64,000 nucleotides of DNA, taken from contig NC_087254.1 of NCBI RefSeq assembly GCF_037042905.1, positions 11,842,001 to 11,906,000 on the forward strand, read 5' to 3'. The position numbers and the translations under genes are program-made. Under the pieces are notes generated by a model. It made no database searches and was not told where the DNA came from. It was given only the letters and a program-made list of their open reading frames with translations. The stretch's first letter is position 1. Each line of letters begins with the position of its first letter. Origin of the DNA: Lytechinus pictus. Taxonomy: Eukaryota. Shown here one piece after another: positions 26,461 to 40,111 of this stretch.

Positions 26461-27419
26461 TGTCAGGATAGAAATTTAATTACAGATTTTAAACATGTGT
26501 TTAAAATAGTTATTTGGTCCAAGCATGTTGATATGTTTTGAATACTTTGAAAGCAAGCATTGGAAACGCTTGATACCCCCCCCCCCCCCCTTTAGAGTAC
26601 AAGTGTACCAGGTTTATGTTATATTTTATACAGGTGTTCGAAATATTTCTTATTAGTAGTATTTTCATACAGGTGGCGTAAATAACCTAAAGTGATCTAG
26701 CATTGATGAGTGTAGATGTATAGATACACAGGAAGTGTCTTTTATTAATAAGAATGTGTTGTTTTATGCACTCATCTGTTATCGAAATTCTTTGGATTAC
26801 TTTTTAGAAATCTTACAGTTTAATAGTCCTAGTAACGGTAGGGTATATTAGGAGGTTAATTTCGGTAATTCAGGGAGAACCACTTAAGCTAGAATAGACT
26901 ACAGATGTTCGTGTAGGCAGTCTAAGTTATAACTGAGGGACTACGTCGGTGACGAGATAACGACCCCAGCTGCCGCCGGTTCTCCACCGACATGATTGGT
27001 CAAAATTCATGTCATCATTGGGGGGTCGATCTCGTCCAATAATTCGTTGAAGCCACATCTCTGGTCTGAGGGCTACTCATCAGGGGGTAACTGTCTGCGG
27101 AGGCCGAGGCCAAGTGGAAGAGACATCGCAAGCTGCGGAGGCCAGGAACTGGACCGACCACCAGGGCCGAGTGGGGCATGTCAAGCCAGAACAGATGACT
27201 GGGGCTCTATTCAACTATTGTTTAAGTTAAGTTATATTTTGTTATAACCATGTATATTTCCATGTAAATCATTGTAAAAGATATCAAAGGAAACCACATA
27301 ATGATTTAAGAGCTTTGATTAAATCTTTTACTAACTGTATTTATCAGTTTTACGTATTCTTTATTTGGCGTCAAGCAGCAGTAGATAAATAATTTAAAAA
27401 AGTCACTTCCCACGTGACA
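26461..27419 (+). repeat. 3' LTR (959 bp)
   Basis: Direct repeat of 21077-22028, preceded by the polypurine tract AAGGTGGGGGA (26447-26457). Confidence 0.95.
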
Positions 27420-27424
27420 GTCAG

Positions 27425-28131
27425 TTAAATTTGTTGAATGTTTATGATTTCTCTGATTATGAAATTGCAATTTTTATGTATTTATGTCACAAAAGCTATA
27501 TTCCAAACAATATCTCAGAAATATTTTGTTACAATGCCGATGTTCATTCTTATCATACGCGAGGATCTTCAGACTTCCACATACCCAAAATACGCACCTC
27601 TTTAGCAAAGAATTGTATTTTTTACAAAGGACCCGTCATCTGGAACAAGTTACCATTTTCTGTTAAATCTAGTCCATCATTAAATGTTTTTAAAAGGAGA
27701 TATAAAACCCAACTTCTCAGTAAATATTCAAATAATGTATGATCAGGTTTCTTTTCTTCCCCCTTCTTTTTTTTAGTAATTATTGTTGATATATATATAT
27801 ATATATATATTGTCATTGTGTTATAATTTGTATTCCCCCTTTTATGGTCAATGTTTATATCTGGTATTCAGTATTTATTACATCATGTATTTTGCAATAT
27901 CATATATATATTCAGTTTCCAGATTTTTGTAAAGGTGGCAGCGCTAATAAGGCTTTCCCTTTCTAGTTGTCTCCTCATTCATTTACAAATTATGTACACT
28001 CTTTTTTCATTCAACTGTTTCCCAGATTTTATCATTGTATTATTTGCAATTTTCCCATGTAATTTATGTTAACTTTGTATGTGCCTTGTTTTTATGATGA
28101 ATGGAATAAATGCTATCAAATCAAATCAAAT
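27425..28131 (+). mobile_element. 3' remnant of a CR1/L2-group LINE, interrupted by the LTR element
   Basis: ORF2 C-terminal-type peptide (HSYHTR...IFYKGPVIWNKLP..VK.SPSLNVFK), then a 3' UTR ending in AATAAA and a (TCAAA)n tail. Confidence 0.75.
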
Positions 28132-28233
28132 ATTAAAATAAATAGAGAATTTGTTGCCAATTTGTGGAGTATAGTAAAATCACACTAGTGAAAATTGTGT
28201 ACCTCTATATACATTAATAGTTAATGTTTGTAC

Positions 28234-28365
28234 CTGTTTTGGAAGGTTTCCTGCCGATTCAGGGTTGACAATAGCACCTTGTTCAGCCATTAGATAGGCT
28301 AGATGTTTCCGTCTGTGTGTGTCCACGATGATGTCAGTCAGGGAGGCAGAGTGACGCATGCCAAT
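28234..28365 (-). CDS. SGSM3: SGSM3 exon: IGMRHSASLTDIIVDTHRRKHLAYLMAEQGAIVNPESAGNLPKQ
   Basis: TTTCAG acceptor and GT donor, 132 bp, phase 0-0. Contains the RRKHLAYL motif of SGSM3. Confidence 0.9.
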
Positions 28366-28560
28366 CTGAAATAAAGACCAAAATTTAATATTATTCAATA
28401 ATTTAACATTTGTTCCTTTTTTTATTCCAGAGGAAGAAAAAGAACCTTTATTACAGATATATAAATATAAATTCAACTCTTTTACACAGAATATGTCTTC
28501 ACATCATACAATCTATAGTGTATTCTTGATGGAGGTGGTGGTGAGGAGAGGAGGAGGAGG

Positions 28561-28883
28561 ATGATGAGGATGATGATGATGATGATGATGAAGATGATAA
28601 TGATCTTGTACAGCGCATTTCAAATTATTATATAATGTCTCTATGCACTTCCAAAGGACTTGGATAGTATTACCCTGGCTGTAGCCTGGCGACCTGTACA
28701 GCGCACAAGCTTGATAAGAAATAAATTCCTGCCCGGAACCCGTTTTTTCACCTGGGTTAAGTACAGGACAATGTGGATCAATCTCTCGGTGAAGGAAATT
28801 ATGCAATGGCTGGGATTCGAACCCAAGACCGTTTATTTCAAAGTTGAAAGACTACTGATTCATCACCTGGGCTACAAAGCTCC
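28561..28883 (-). mobile_element. tRNA-derived SINE of the same family with a (CAT)n tail
   Basis: GGTTCGAATCCC B box; body homologous to 6170-6441. Confidence 0.75.
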
Positions 28884-29514
28884 ATAATACAATGTTCCAC
28901 AATTGACTAAAATAATAATAATATAATAATAAAGCAGTTCTTGTATAGCGCATATCACATTATGTCATAATGTCCCTATGCGCTTCCAAAGGACTAAAAG
29001 TAACAGTTACATGTATGCCCACCTCCAATTTCAGTTTTAGATAATCATACATGTATATAAGATATAAATGTAAATATAGGTGCTTCAATGTTAAATACTC
29101 AGGACTTCCAGAACACTTTTTTTCGAGCTTATCCACTTAAATCAAGTAAAAGGAGAATATGTTACAAATTGTTAGTTGTACATTAAAATAGGTATTCATG
29201 TAGTAGTATCATGTTGTATTTACATTGTGATGTCTCATTTTGTTTAAATGCTTGTTTCATTCAAATCCCATCCAGCAAACTGAAATGCAATGATTATTTT
29301 TATTCATCTTGATTTAGCGATCAAATCATTATTGGTTGGAAATTCATCATATACAACTTGTAACCACAAACTTTTTAAGATTATTGAGCATACAATGATC
29401 ATGCACATTTGGAAATGAATTTATTGTTGGGTTATTGCATGCTAATGAACTTGGGGAAAATATAGCATAAGCATGTATCATTATCATAAAACAACAAGCA
29501 TGCTATAAACCAAT

Positions 29515-29720
29515 ACTGACCGCACAGAAACGTTGTTAGTGCTAGCAATGCGCTATAAACAGAGGCCCTGTTACAACCGGTAATGTGGCAGCGATGCCTA
29601 ATGTAACAATAATGCATTACTTACACATTGGAATTAATGTTTTGACTTCACAATCCGAAAGATGTGACTGGGCATACTGTTAGCGCTCTGTTAAGCTAAC
29701 AACGTTTCTGTGCGGCCGGC
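29515..29720. mobile_element. ~200-bp MITE
   Basis: CCGCACAGAAACGTTGTTAG / CTAACAACGTTTCTGTGCGG inverted repeat. Confidence 0.75.
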
Positions 29721-32550
29721 AATGAGCTTTAATAGAATAAAATACTTTGTATAAATAGTTCCTGCAACGTTTTCTTTCCTCATCATCTACATGTATTTAC
29801 ATTTTAATGCACCAAAATATACACTTTGTTAAAAATCTAGTAAGGTCGATTGTACTTGTAACCAACATTTAATAATTTCATTTAAGACATGCATTAATCT
29901 ATATGCCATGACATGGAGTACAAACAAATCCTTTCTACTGCTAAGTTGTTAACTACACATGATACACACTGACATAAATCCCTGCGTCACGCCTATTGTT
30001 CAGGGGAGGGGGTGATCTAATGTTCCACCCCCCCCCCCCCACTTGAATAGCATGACATCACGGATTTACGCCTGTGATGGCTATTAATGACTCCTTTGCT
30101 TCTATTGCATGTTAACGATCAAAATGCAACTAAAAATGGGCCACTACTACATATGCTGTGAAATAAAACAGATGAATACATTGATTAGCACTCTGGTTTA
30201 TAAATATCTGATAAATTTTTCATTATAACATTTCACCTTATTGAACCCCCCCCCCCTCCGAAAAAACAACCTTATTCTATATCCTCTCTTTTGAGTATGA
30301 AATGATACATTGATTGTTCTAATATCATATATTATTTACAGCTTTATTGAGACAATGTCATGGACCCCCATTTCATAAAACTTGTGATAATAAAAAATTT
30401 GCAATTACTTGTAACAGCTTAAAGCTACTGAAATCATTCAATTCAATTGGCTGATATTGAACTAGTTATAGAAATTATGCACTTGGCATTATTTATTTAT
30501 TTATAATTTACAAGAAATTATTGCACGATTAGAGTACAAAATCAGAAAAACCAAGAAATGAAAAAATAAAAGAAATGAAAATTGCAGAACAAAGACTAAA
30601 GACACCTCTCATTCAAGGGCGATGCTCCAAATTCCGTATTGGATTTAAACCCTAAAGAAATACATTTCCCTTTCTTTGATGTGCACAACCTCTTTGAAAA
30701 TAGCAAGTCATTATGACATATGACCGATGTTGGTACCATACATGTCGGCTGACTGTTGAAAATCTACCCAAAAAAGGCCAAGATGCAAATGGAATGGTAA
30801 ATTTGTAGAAAAATGGTAAATTTGTAGATCATGCATTTTCCTCTATTCACCCAACACAAATAAAACAAAATGTAATATTCTGTAGTTTTATGAAAGGATG
30901 AAAGGAGGAGAAGGGGGGCGAGGGGGGGGGGGTAAAGAGATCTTTAATCTCATGCCACATTCAGTAGTTATATGTACATGCAATGTTTCATCTCACACTT
31001 AATCCCTTTCCTCTAATGGAGCCTGGTTCATAAAGAGTTACAACTACAGTATCATAACTGTGGCATTATTATAACTTCCATGGAAATCTTGGGCGTGATT
31101 GGCTGCTGAGCCATGTTACCATGGCAGTAGCCATAATGGCAATGTTAGAATTTATGAAACCAGCCCCTGGATAAATTCTTTATCCCGCATGATGCTATGA
31201 TTGGCCCTTACTACAGCATTTAATTGCTTTGATAGGCCACCCGACAATTTTGTAATTATATAATGTGTAATAGTTTTACTAATTTTATGATTGAAATAAT
31301 TTAAAATTAAATTGAAATGAAAGCCATGTAACTGCTTTAAACACAACAGGGTCTCATTAAATTCTGGAAACCTACTCTTCCCTTTTACATCATAACAAAC
31401 AATTTCAAAGATATTTTTTAGAAATGCAACAATTCAATTAAAAACAAAAACAAAACTAAACATCAAACATCTTGATACTCCTAATAACTTCAAGCACTAG
31501 TAGTACCTTGTATGTTGACAGTATCCCTATCCATAAAAAAATAAATATAAACATAGGTCCCAATGTTGCATGTTTTCACTCCATTCTTTGTCTGTTTGTT
31601 TGTATTTTCTTTTGGGGGGCTATTCAATTATAATATTATGCCTTTCAAAAATGACAAGTTACAAGATGGGGAAAATAGATAATACATTTCACCTATAGGC
31701 TTAAAAAAGTAAATCATCATCTGAAGAAAAATTATAGAAATGTTTACAAAGTGCCTTCTATTAAAAAAAAAACAAAAAAACATTTAACTACAAAGAAAAC
31801 TGGGGATGGGACTTATTCACGACAGTATGTGGTAAAAAAAAAATGTTTAAATGTCAACAAAACATGACAATTCTGTTTCTCGTGAAAAAAATACATTAAT
31901 GGACAGGGATATCTTCTTAAAATTTATTCAATATAATAATCTTTAAAAATAGGTATAGATATTTCACTTTTAATGGGTTATCATTGTAATCTGGCATGGA
32001 AAATTCATATATATCATTCTATAGGCCTATAAAGATGAATAGGGTCTTTGGATGTACAGACATGCTTCATGAAGTTCTATTCTACATGAGAGGTGAAATG
32101 GGGTTTTTTTTTTAAAGAGAGAAATGAAGAAAAGATTCTTGGTACTCTAAGGTGATAGAGTAAAATACACACCTCATACTTCTGCAAAAGATTTGATTAT
32201 TGTCCAAGCAGAAGAAAGACACAAAGATCACATGTAAATAAACAAAAGGAGAATTTCAAAATAGAAAAAAGAAAGTGCTTTAGTATTTGAAACAATGAAA
32301 GAGAAAAGTGAGAGGCAAATATACATGTAGATGTAAAATAAATAAGTTACCCAGAAAGACGGCCACATATATGACTAGGCCGTTACAAACTTATGATTAA
32401 AAAATGTCATAAAGTGTAGATTAGGAAAGATACATGTATATGAGCAAAGTTTTATAAAAAGTTGTCAATCGATAAAAGAAACCCAGACGATTCATTAAAA
32501 GAGTATACTACTATTTATGTATAAATACGTAATAAAACATGTAGCATGTA

Positions 32551-32801
32551 CATGGGTGGAAATCCCAGGGGGGGACGTGTCCCCCTACTCAAAATGGTAG
32601 GGGGAAACAATATCAAATGTCCCCCCTACTATTTTTGGTCTTTTATGATTAAAAAGAAATATATCATTCAAAATCGAAATAAAACATGTTTTTTGGACGA
32701 GATGACCTTACTTTTGGGGTGATAACTTTTTTTTTTTTTTTGCTTGTCAAATTTTCCAGGCCCTTGTCCCCCCTACCTTTTGGGAGAGATTTACGCCCAT
32801 G
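32551..32801. mobile_element. hAT-type MITE
   Basis: TIR CATGGGTGGAAATC / GATTTACGCCCATG and a perfect 8-bp TSD AGCATGTA. Confidence 0.85.
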
Positions 32802-35269
32802 AGCATGTAATACATTACTTCTAACCAATATTGATGAAATAGCAAACAAATCCAAAAGTTGTGCAGATTTTGTACAACTCACTCCAAGATCCTAATAAAA
32901 AGGATGAGCATTGGTTGGATGCGCGCAATCACGTGTAATTCGGTTTTGAGCCATCTCAATTATTTTTTCTGTAGCATGTTCAAAATTTTACAGTCCTATT
33001 TGACATTTTCCCCTCTCTCTCTCTCTCTCTTCATTTCTCGCTCTATCTTTTATCATCTCTCCCTTTCTCTCTCTCTCTCTCTCTCTCTGTGCTACATTTG
33101 TGTGTGTTGTTGACCTAGTTACGCAAATGTAGAAGGCGTATAGACTGTGCGCACTCTGTGTAGATCCAAGGAGATATCACTCCTTAGTAGATCATCTACA
33201 TGTATGTTACAACAAAGGCAACGCAACTGCTTTTACTTGTGGTACACTTTCTTCACAGGAATGTAAAGTTTGAGGATTATTGAGGATTATTGTTCATGTA
33301 TTAAAGTACTGAAATTATTGATACACGTTCATAAATCAAACACATAACCGGCATAAAAAAAAAGACTTAATAAACAAATATATACATGTACTGGTAGATA
33401 GATAAAATACATTACACTTCTGCTTACATACAATCCATAATATAATATTTGACATTAAAACATGAATTCTAGACATCCCAATTATTGGACTAAATATAAA
33501 ATATTCTGAAACTACCTGTAATATACAGTATCCCACACAAACCTCAACTTCAACCTTAACTATATAAGGACACAATTTACAAAATGTACATAAAAAGTCA
33601 TATTAAAAAAATTATCCAAATGCACACAAGCAATCCAGGAGTGATTTAACTACATATAATATATCTGTAAAGTGCTTTTTAGAGAAGTTCTAATGTATTA
33701 AGCGCTATATAAAAGCGGATTATTATTATGATTATAATAAAGCAGAGTAATTTTGTGACAATCAGTACCTTGGGAAGAATTTTTAGAATATTTTGCTTTT
33801 GATGCTACGGTATATTGCTTCTTGCCATACATGTATGTATTTACAATGAAATATTAATACGCAGCAATAAAGCCCCTTTTTGAGTTTTGGTAAAGTCCAT
33901 ATTAATTGGATGTCACTATTTCAGTCCATCATGTACAGCATTCACAGGGACATATTATGACAAGGTGCCTAATTGAATTGAACATATTCACATTTTTTTT
34001 TCTTTTTATGTGTAAAACCACATCTTAAGAATGGACTGCGCTACTTTCTATTATCCAATGACCTAATTTGTATGATAAAGCCAAAAAGATCTCTGTTAAA
34101 GAAAAATGAGGGCAGTACCAAAAGCGGGCAACAGATATAAAAAATTAAAAAAATTAAAAAATTAAAACCTTTTTTTTTATATCAATGTTTGAAAAAATAA
34201 CATTTTTGTAAGATTTGAGTGTTAGATAATACTTGAGTATAATTTACATTGAGTCTTTGCCAACAACTTTAGATTCTGAAAAAATATTTTTTTAAAGAAT
34301 CCAGACCCTTCATGGCATCAATAAATATTATCATTCCTATATTGAAATGCAGAAAGGAATTTTAAAACATAAGAAATTTATGTTCATCCCCCCCAAGAAA
34401 AATCTTTATTTTTTCTTGGGCTTCTAATTCTTCTATTTTTTACATACGCGTACAAACCCAAATTGGCTACATTGTACAGATTAATGCACCCTCTGGAAAT
34501 TTCATGGCCTCTTTTTCCCTTTTTTAGGGCTATGGGGGCATTTCAAATGCATGAGCCCCCATGTAATTTTTCCCTGCACCCTCACCCCCCCCCAAAAAAA
34601 AAATATTAACTATATCTTCACATGCCATATACCATACATTACTGAAAGAGAGCTGAGTATCTTCACTTTAAGTCTGACATTAAGCTAATAATAATAAATA
34701 GTTACTTTGTATTACATACTAATTTTTCTATAGATAAAAAAAAAGAAAAAGTATACCGTATCTGACCCAGATGCTCTGAAAATCTCTAAACTAGATTTGG
34801 TGACATTGACTCCATGACTCACCGTACAACTAAAACATTCGGGTCCGATACACACCTCATCTTCGATATTTATCTGTATCCTTACTGCTGACTATGAAGG
34901 GGGAATGTTGAAGTATACAATAGATAATAATCATAATAACGATAACAATCACAAGGCGCTGGATACAAATAGTGTGAAAGATATGTGAAACTGTTGCAGC
35001 TTGAGTTGAATCTGAAAATGTGTAAAATTTGATACAAAGGGGTCAATTGGGGTGCTGAATTAAAAAAAAAACACAGCCCCCAAGTGATCTGACTGCTGGG
35101 TCGGCCGCCATTTTGAAATCCAAGATGGCCACCATGAAAAATCATTAAAATGTTTCTAAGCGTTCAATATTATTATTCTAGCTTTACCATGATAACAATT
35201 AGACGCTTTAACATTTCAAGGAATAATTTCCTGTGTGGTACACCAACATATAACGTGTGTGAGTGTGTA

Positions 35270-35750
35270 AGTCAGGGTTGGGCTCAATTAATTTCTTCAA
35301 TTACAATTACTATTACCGTATGTAATTGAAGAAATGTTCAATTACAATATTCAATTAAATTACATTTTTTTCAATTACAATTACCAATTACCTTTGCCAA
35401 TTACAATTACAATTACTTTCTAGAAAAGTCATAACTGAAACTAATTTTCATTTTGTACATATTACCACCTATTTCAACATAATTTTAAGTGACAGAGAAA
35501 CTGAAAAGATGAAGGTTTAGGTTAAAGAGAACGGATTCTGCCTATTACTCTCTTTGAGGCTGAAGAAGGTGACATGGAAAAGGTTATGAAATTATATCAT
35601 AAATTAATCAAGTTTATTGTAAAGTAATTGAATGTAATGAAAAGTAATTGACAGAAATTGAAGTCAATTACATTTTTTCCATTACAATTACTTTCCCGTT
35701 CATAACTTCAAATACAATTACTCAAGAAAATGTAATTAATTACATAGTTG
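35270..35750. repeat. CAATTA-motif-rich repeat, probably a decayed DNA-transposon derivative
   Basis: Starts CAGGGTTGGG and contains many CAATTAC / GTAATTG motifs in both orientations. Confidence 0.5.
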
Positions 35751-37461
35751 ATCAATAATTCAATGCAAACCGTTGAAAACCTTGTGACATTCATGTTTCA
35801 ACCCAATCAGGGAAATTTATGTCCGACAATTTTGGTAAATCAATTTGTTTCAGAGCTCTCAAATGTTAAAGAAGGAAAACAGGAAATCTTTATAATTTGC
35901 ATTTCATATCACTTACCAGAAAGATTTTTTTTTGGAGGGGGGTACACATAGGCCTTACACACATTAAGTCAAATTTTCATATTTTTTCTTTTCACCATTC
36001 TTGCCCATTTTTATATTCAGCAAACTGTTTTATCATTTTATCAACTCCCTGAATCTATCACAATCTCTATCGTCAATTTCGAGCATTATTTCCCCGATAG
36101 ATCCTGAAAGGGTTCAACGCTGCATATAGTAATGTCAACATATAGCTTCGCCTGCTGATAAAATCTTAACTCCAATCAAATATACAATGTAAAACATTAC
36201 TTTTGTAAAACAATTATTGTAGTACCTTGTTGAATTGGAGGGCAGCTAACAGTTTATTGGTAGTGTCAATGTTGGAGTTCACCATGATTAATTATTCCAA
36301 ATTATAAGAATCCACTGCTTGAAAAACACATATCCTTTTACAATAACATGGACTATACCATGTCATCCAAACAATGCAAGGTTAAAATGAATCTCGTTTT
36401 AGGTGTACAGATCTAATAGCAGAATTAGTAAAACGGTCATGTGTTCCCCAGCTGTTTCGTTCCCATTACAGATTGAGAAAGGGGAGGATCTTCGCCCCGC
36501 AAGCAGGATTGAAAGAGGAACGGAATGGCCAATGACACGTGTCTCCATTTATTTGCATATATACAGAATGTAATCCATGAAACCTTAATCTATATATCTG
36601 GTATATGCACGAGAGAGGTCTGGGTATTAAATCTTTTGCAACATGTGCACACAAAAGCAATTGACCACAATCTTGAAGTGTTGGGCTTCTTTAAAATCCA
36701 GTTGTTATCTCACTTTTTAATATTAGAATTCTGATTATTAATTTACCACTTTATCAAACAAAAATTACACAATTGGCAAACCTAAAAAAGCACAAGTTGT
36801 ACATTTTTTTCCTCTCTCTCCCTCTCTTTGTTTCTTTTTTTCATTTTTTGTTTCATAAGCAACATATTTCTATCATTCACCAGCCTCAGAAATAATAAGT
36901 ATTGTAAGTTAAACTGGTAAATCTGTTGATGCCTTCATACTTCATCCCAGTCAGCTTTGGAATCGATAAAACCCACTCTAAAAGATATACTTGTACAGAA
37001 TATATTAACTAGTAGCCATGAGATTTGGTAACCAGTCTACTGTTTGAAGATTGGTATGGTTTGAGAGTACTATAGGCAGAGTGAGTTGGAGCAAATGATT
37101 GATATTAAAATATGTGGTGACATTTAAAGGACAATGCCACATAGCGGCCATACTAATATTATCACAATCCCAATATTGACATTGTACAGTGTAAATAATT
37201 CCTATAGGATAATGACTTTTTAGTGTGGAGTCCACTTGTGGAAGCTATACTTCCAATATATGACTGCTTTTTTTTATAAGATCGTGCAATATTTGACATA
37301 CATCAGCTTGTACAATTTTTATTTATAGAGTTGCTAATCTCAGCTCCAATTGGCAATAGATTCCCATAGACAAATGAAATCCAAGACTAAGGCCCCATTC
37401 TCATTATCGTCCTAAAACTGGTTTACTAGAAACTATTTTAGTGGAAACTACTTTATCCATC

Positions 37462-37892
37462 NNNNNNNNNNNNNNNNNNNNNNNNNNNNNNNNNNNNNNN
37501 NNNNNNNNNNNNNNNNNNNNNNNNNNNNNNNNNNNNNNNNNNNNNNNNNNNNNNNNNNNNNNNNNNNNNNNNNNNNNNNNNNNNNNNNNNNNNNNNNNNN
37601 NNNNNNNNNNNNNNNNNNNNNNNNNNNNNNNNNNNNNNNNNNNNNNNNNNNNNNNNNNNNNNNNNNNNNNNNNNNNNNNNNNNNNNNNNNNNNNNNNNNN
37701 NNNNNNNNNNNNNNNNNNNNNNNNNNNNNNNNNNNNNNNNNNNNNNNNNNNNNNNNNNNNNNNNNNNNNNNNNNNNNNNNNNNNNNNNNNNNNNNNNNNN
37801 NNNNNNNNNNNNNNNNNNNNNNNNNNNNNNNNNNNNNNNNNNNNNNNNNNNNNNNNNNNNNNNNNNNNNNNNNNNNNNNNNNNNNNNNNNNN
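37462..37892. other. Assembly gap (N run)
   Basis: Run of N. Confidence 1.
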
Positions 37893-39080
37893 ATGTACAT
37901 ATATGCCTGTACATCCAAGTTTGTTCTGTGATAGCAAATGGTTCATCACCTCGTAATCCCATTGGAATTTTCTGACACCATAACACTTTGATTTCTAAAT
38001 AAATACAGCAACTTGACATCTGGCACCCAATTTCACATTCAATAACCTACCTAGTCTAGAATCAAGAAAATCATATTTATGCTTTTCTATATGAAATGTG
38101 TGCAAAATAGGAAATATATTGATAATATAAGATTTGCTGCAAGTTTTCTGTTTCCAGATCTTCATCAAAATAAGATCTTCATCAATTAACATTATCATCG
38201 GTCCTCAAGAACATCATGCCCAAATATGGAACATTCAGAAAAAAAACTGACATTTTGACCAAGATATAGACCAAGAAATAGGTAGGTATTTTGGTTCAGC
38301 TTATGTCTTAAAAGTGCCATAGCTGGATTATTAGTATAATTGTAACTGCATAAATGAGAACAGCCTATACATTCGCATTCAGTCAAGTGTAAAACCTGAG
38401 CTATAATTGATATCAAATTTAGCATTGTATAAATATAGACAGCTGGTGATTATTTTGCCACTTGTTTGGTGTTATATTGCTTTCAAAAGAAACTGAGCAG
38501 GAAGTATATGCGTGCACGTCATCAGAATATAACCGTAGCAACGAGAAACTGTATACTGTAAAGGTGTAAATATATCTAACGGTATACATGTTTTTTTATA
38601 TGTGTAAATCACGCAATATCAACTGAAACATTACCTACATCTACAATATGTACATACCAACATGTATATACAATAAATTGTTTTAACATTTAGTTTGTAA
38701 ATAAAATGGAATAAAATCGATAAAATAAAATAGGATAAATAAAAAAAATCCATGATTAATACATGTCAGATTGCATAACATAGAAAAAGCGAAATCAGAA
38801 GGAAAAAAAATGAATATTACCTAAGCTTTAGGAGTACTCTGAATAGTGACTTTTCTTTTTTTTCAATGCTGTTCATTGCAATTTTATAGCAACATTAATG
38901 CCAATAAAGTTGCAATGACTATTATACAAAGATCAATTTTCAAGATAAGTACATGGAATCTCTATAATAAATAGAGTATACAATACTAATAAAATGACAT
39001 GGAAAAAAAGAGTCTAAATAACAAGGAGAATTTTATAATGATAATAGCACAAGTCTTATATAATTGTCTGATATATATTA

Positions 39081-39508
39081 CAGGGGGTGTTTCACAAAAA
39101 TTTAAGTATGACTCATGGGACTTGCGATCAATTCCAAGTCCATTTTCATTCCCGAAATCAAGCACATGCCGTGCAATTAAATGCAAATTTGCGATTGATT
39201 GCTAATTTGCTCCTGAACAAGGAGTGTAATCTGATTTGCTAAAGTTAAAAGTGATCAATCAACTGTAAAAATTGCAACAGAATATTTGTGATTGATTGCA
39301 AATATTTTCTTGCAACACCCCGTTAGAGTCACACTTAGATGTCCAGTTGCGTGAAGTATAAAAGGCACAACCACATTGGTCAAATCATGCGAAGAGGACC
39401 CGCACTACTGTGTATTGATCAATTAGATTGCGCGTTGCATATCATGTGCGCGTCAACATTTAAGTGCGGTTGTAAGTCATACTTAAATCTTTGTGAAACA
39501 CCCCCCTG
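39081..39508. mobile_element. MITE, apparently with a nested fragment of another MITE
   Basis: CAGGGGGTGTTTCACAAA.ATTTAAGTATGACT and its inverse at the right end. Confidence 0.8.
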
Positions 39509-39995
39509 ATCACTTGTACGATTTCAAGATACATCTTTTCTCATGACCCAATTGATATGAAGCCATGATCCATGAACAAATTGTACATGAAATGAAACAG
39601 ATTTATAAGAAAATAAGCATAGAAAACTATAACATAATAATATGTATGTTATTTCATTTCATTTATTTCATTTTCCATTTCAAACAATCATTTACACTAA
39701 GTTTTGTTACATACATCTTGATATATAATCAATAAAACAAGGAAACTTTACATATATAATAATCAAGATAACCATACTATCAGGTCAGAAATGGAGGAAG
39801 CTGCTAAAAAGCGAAGCTTGTAGAAGGCAGCCTCCTATCACATATTTGTATAATCAATGTAAATAAAACACAAATACAAATGTTATAAGACATCATGGAA
39901 CTAACACCCCAAAAAATTACAAGAACAATCACACACTACATTTGCTTATTTACAAAGTAATGTATAATAAGTTGTTGAATGAGAGTGGGTCTTAC

Positions 39996-40091
39996 CTGTA
40001 CAAGCTTATCCATATCATCTACTACTCCCGGCAGGTCTGACAAGGCATTGAAGATCTGAGCTGAATTGTCCAACGATAATAGCTCTTCCTC
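39996..40091 (-). CDS. SGSM3: SGSM3 exon (end of TBC region): EEELLSLDNSAQIFNALSDLPGVVDDMDKLVQ
   Basis: TTTTCAAG acceptor and GTAAG donor, 96 bp, phase 0-0. Peptide matches the SGSM3 EEEL..NSA.IFN.LSD.P segment as I recall it. Upstream exons were not found in this window. Confidence 0.9.
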
Positions 40092-40111
40092 CTTGAAAAC
40101 AATAAAAAGAA

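Larger units (their letters stand above)
21077..27419 (+). mobile_element. Non-autonomous Ty3/gypsy (Gmr1-like) LTR retrotransposon
   Basis: Two near-identical LTRs with TGTCA...TGACA ends, 5-bp TSD GTCAG (21072-21076 and 27420-27424), PBS, PPT, and a gag-protease-partial integrase ORF. Confidence 0.95.

Noticed and set aside
37404-38019. Long ORFs in several frames
   Set aside because: Artefacts of reading through the N gap.
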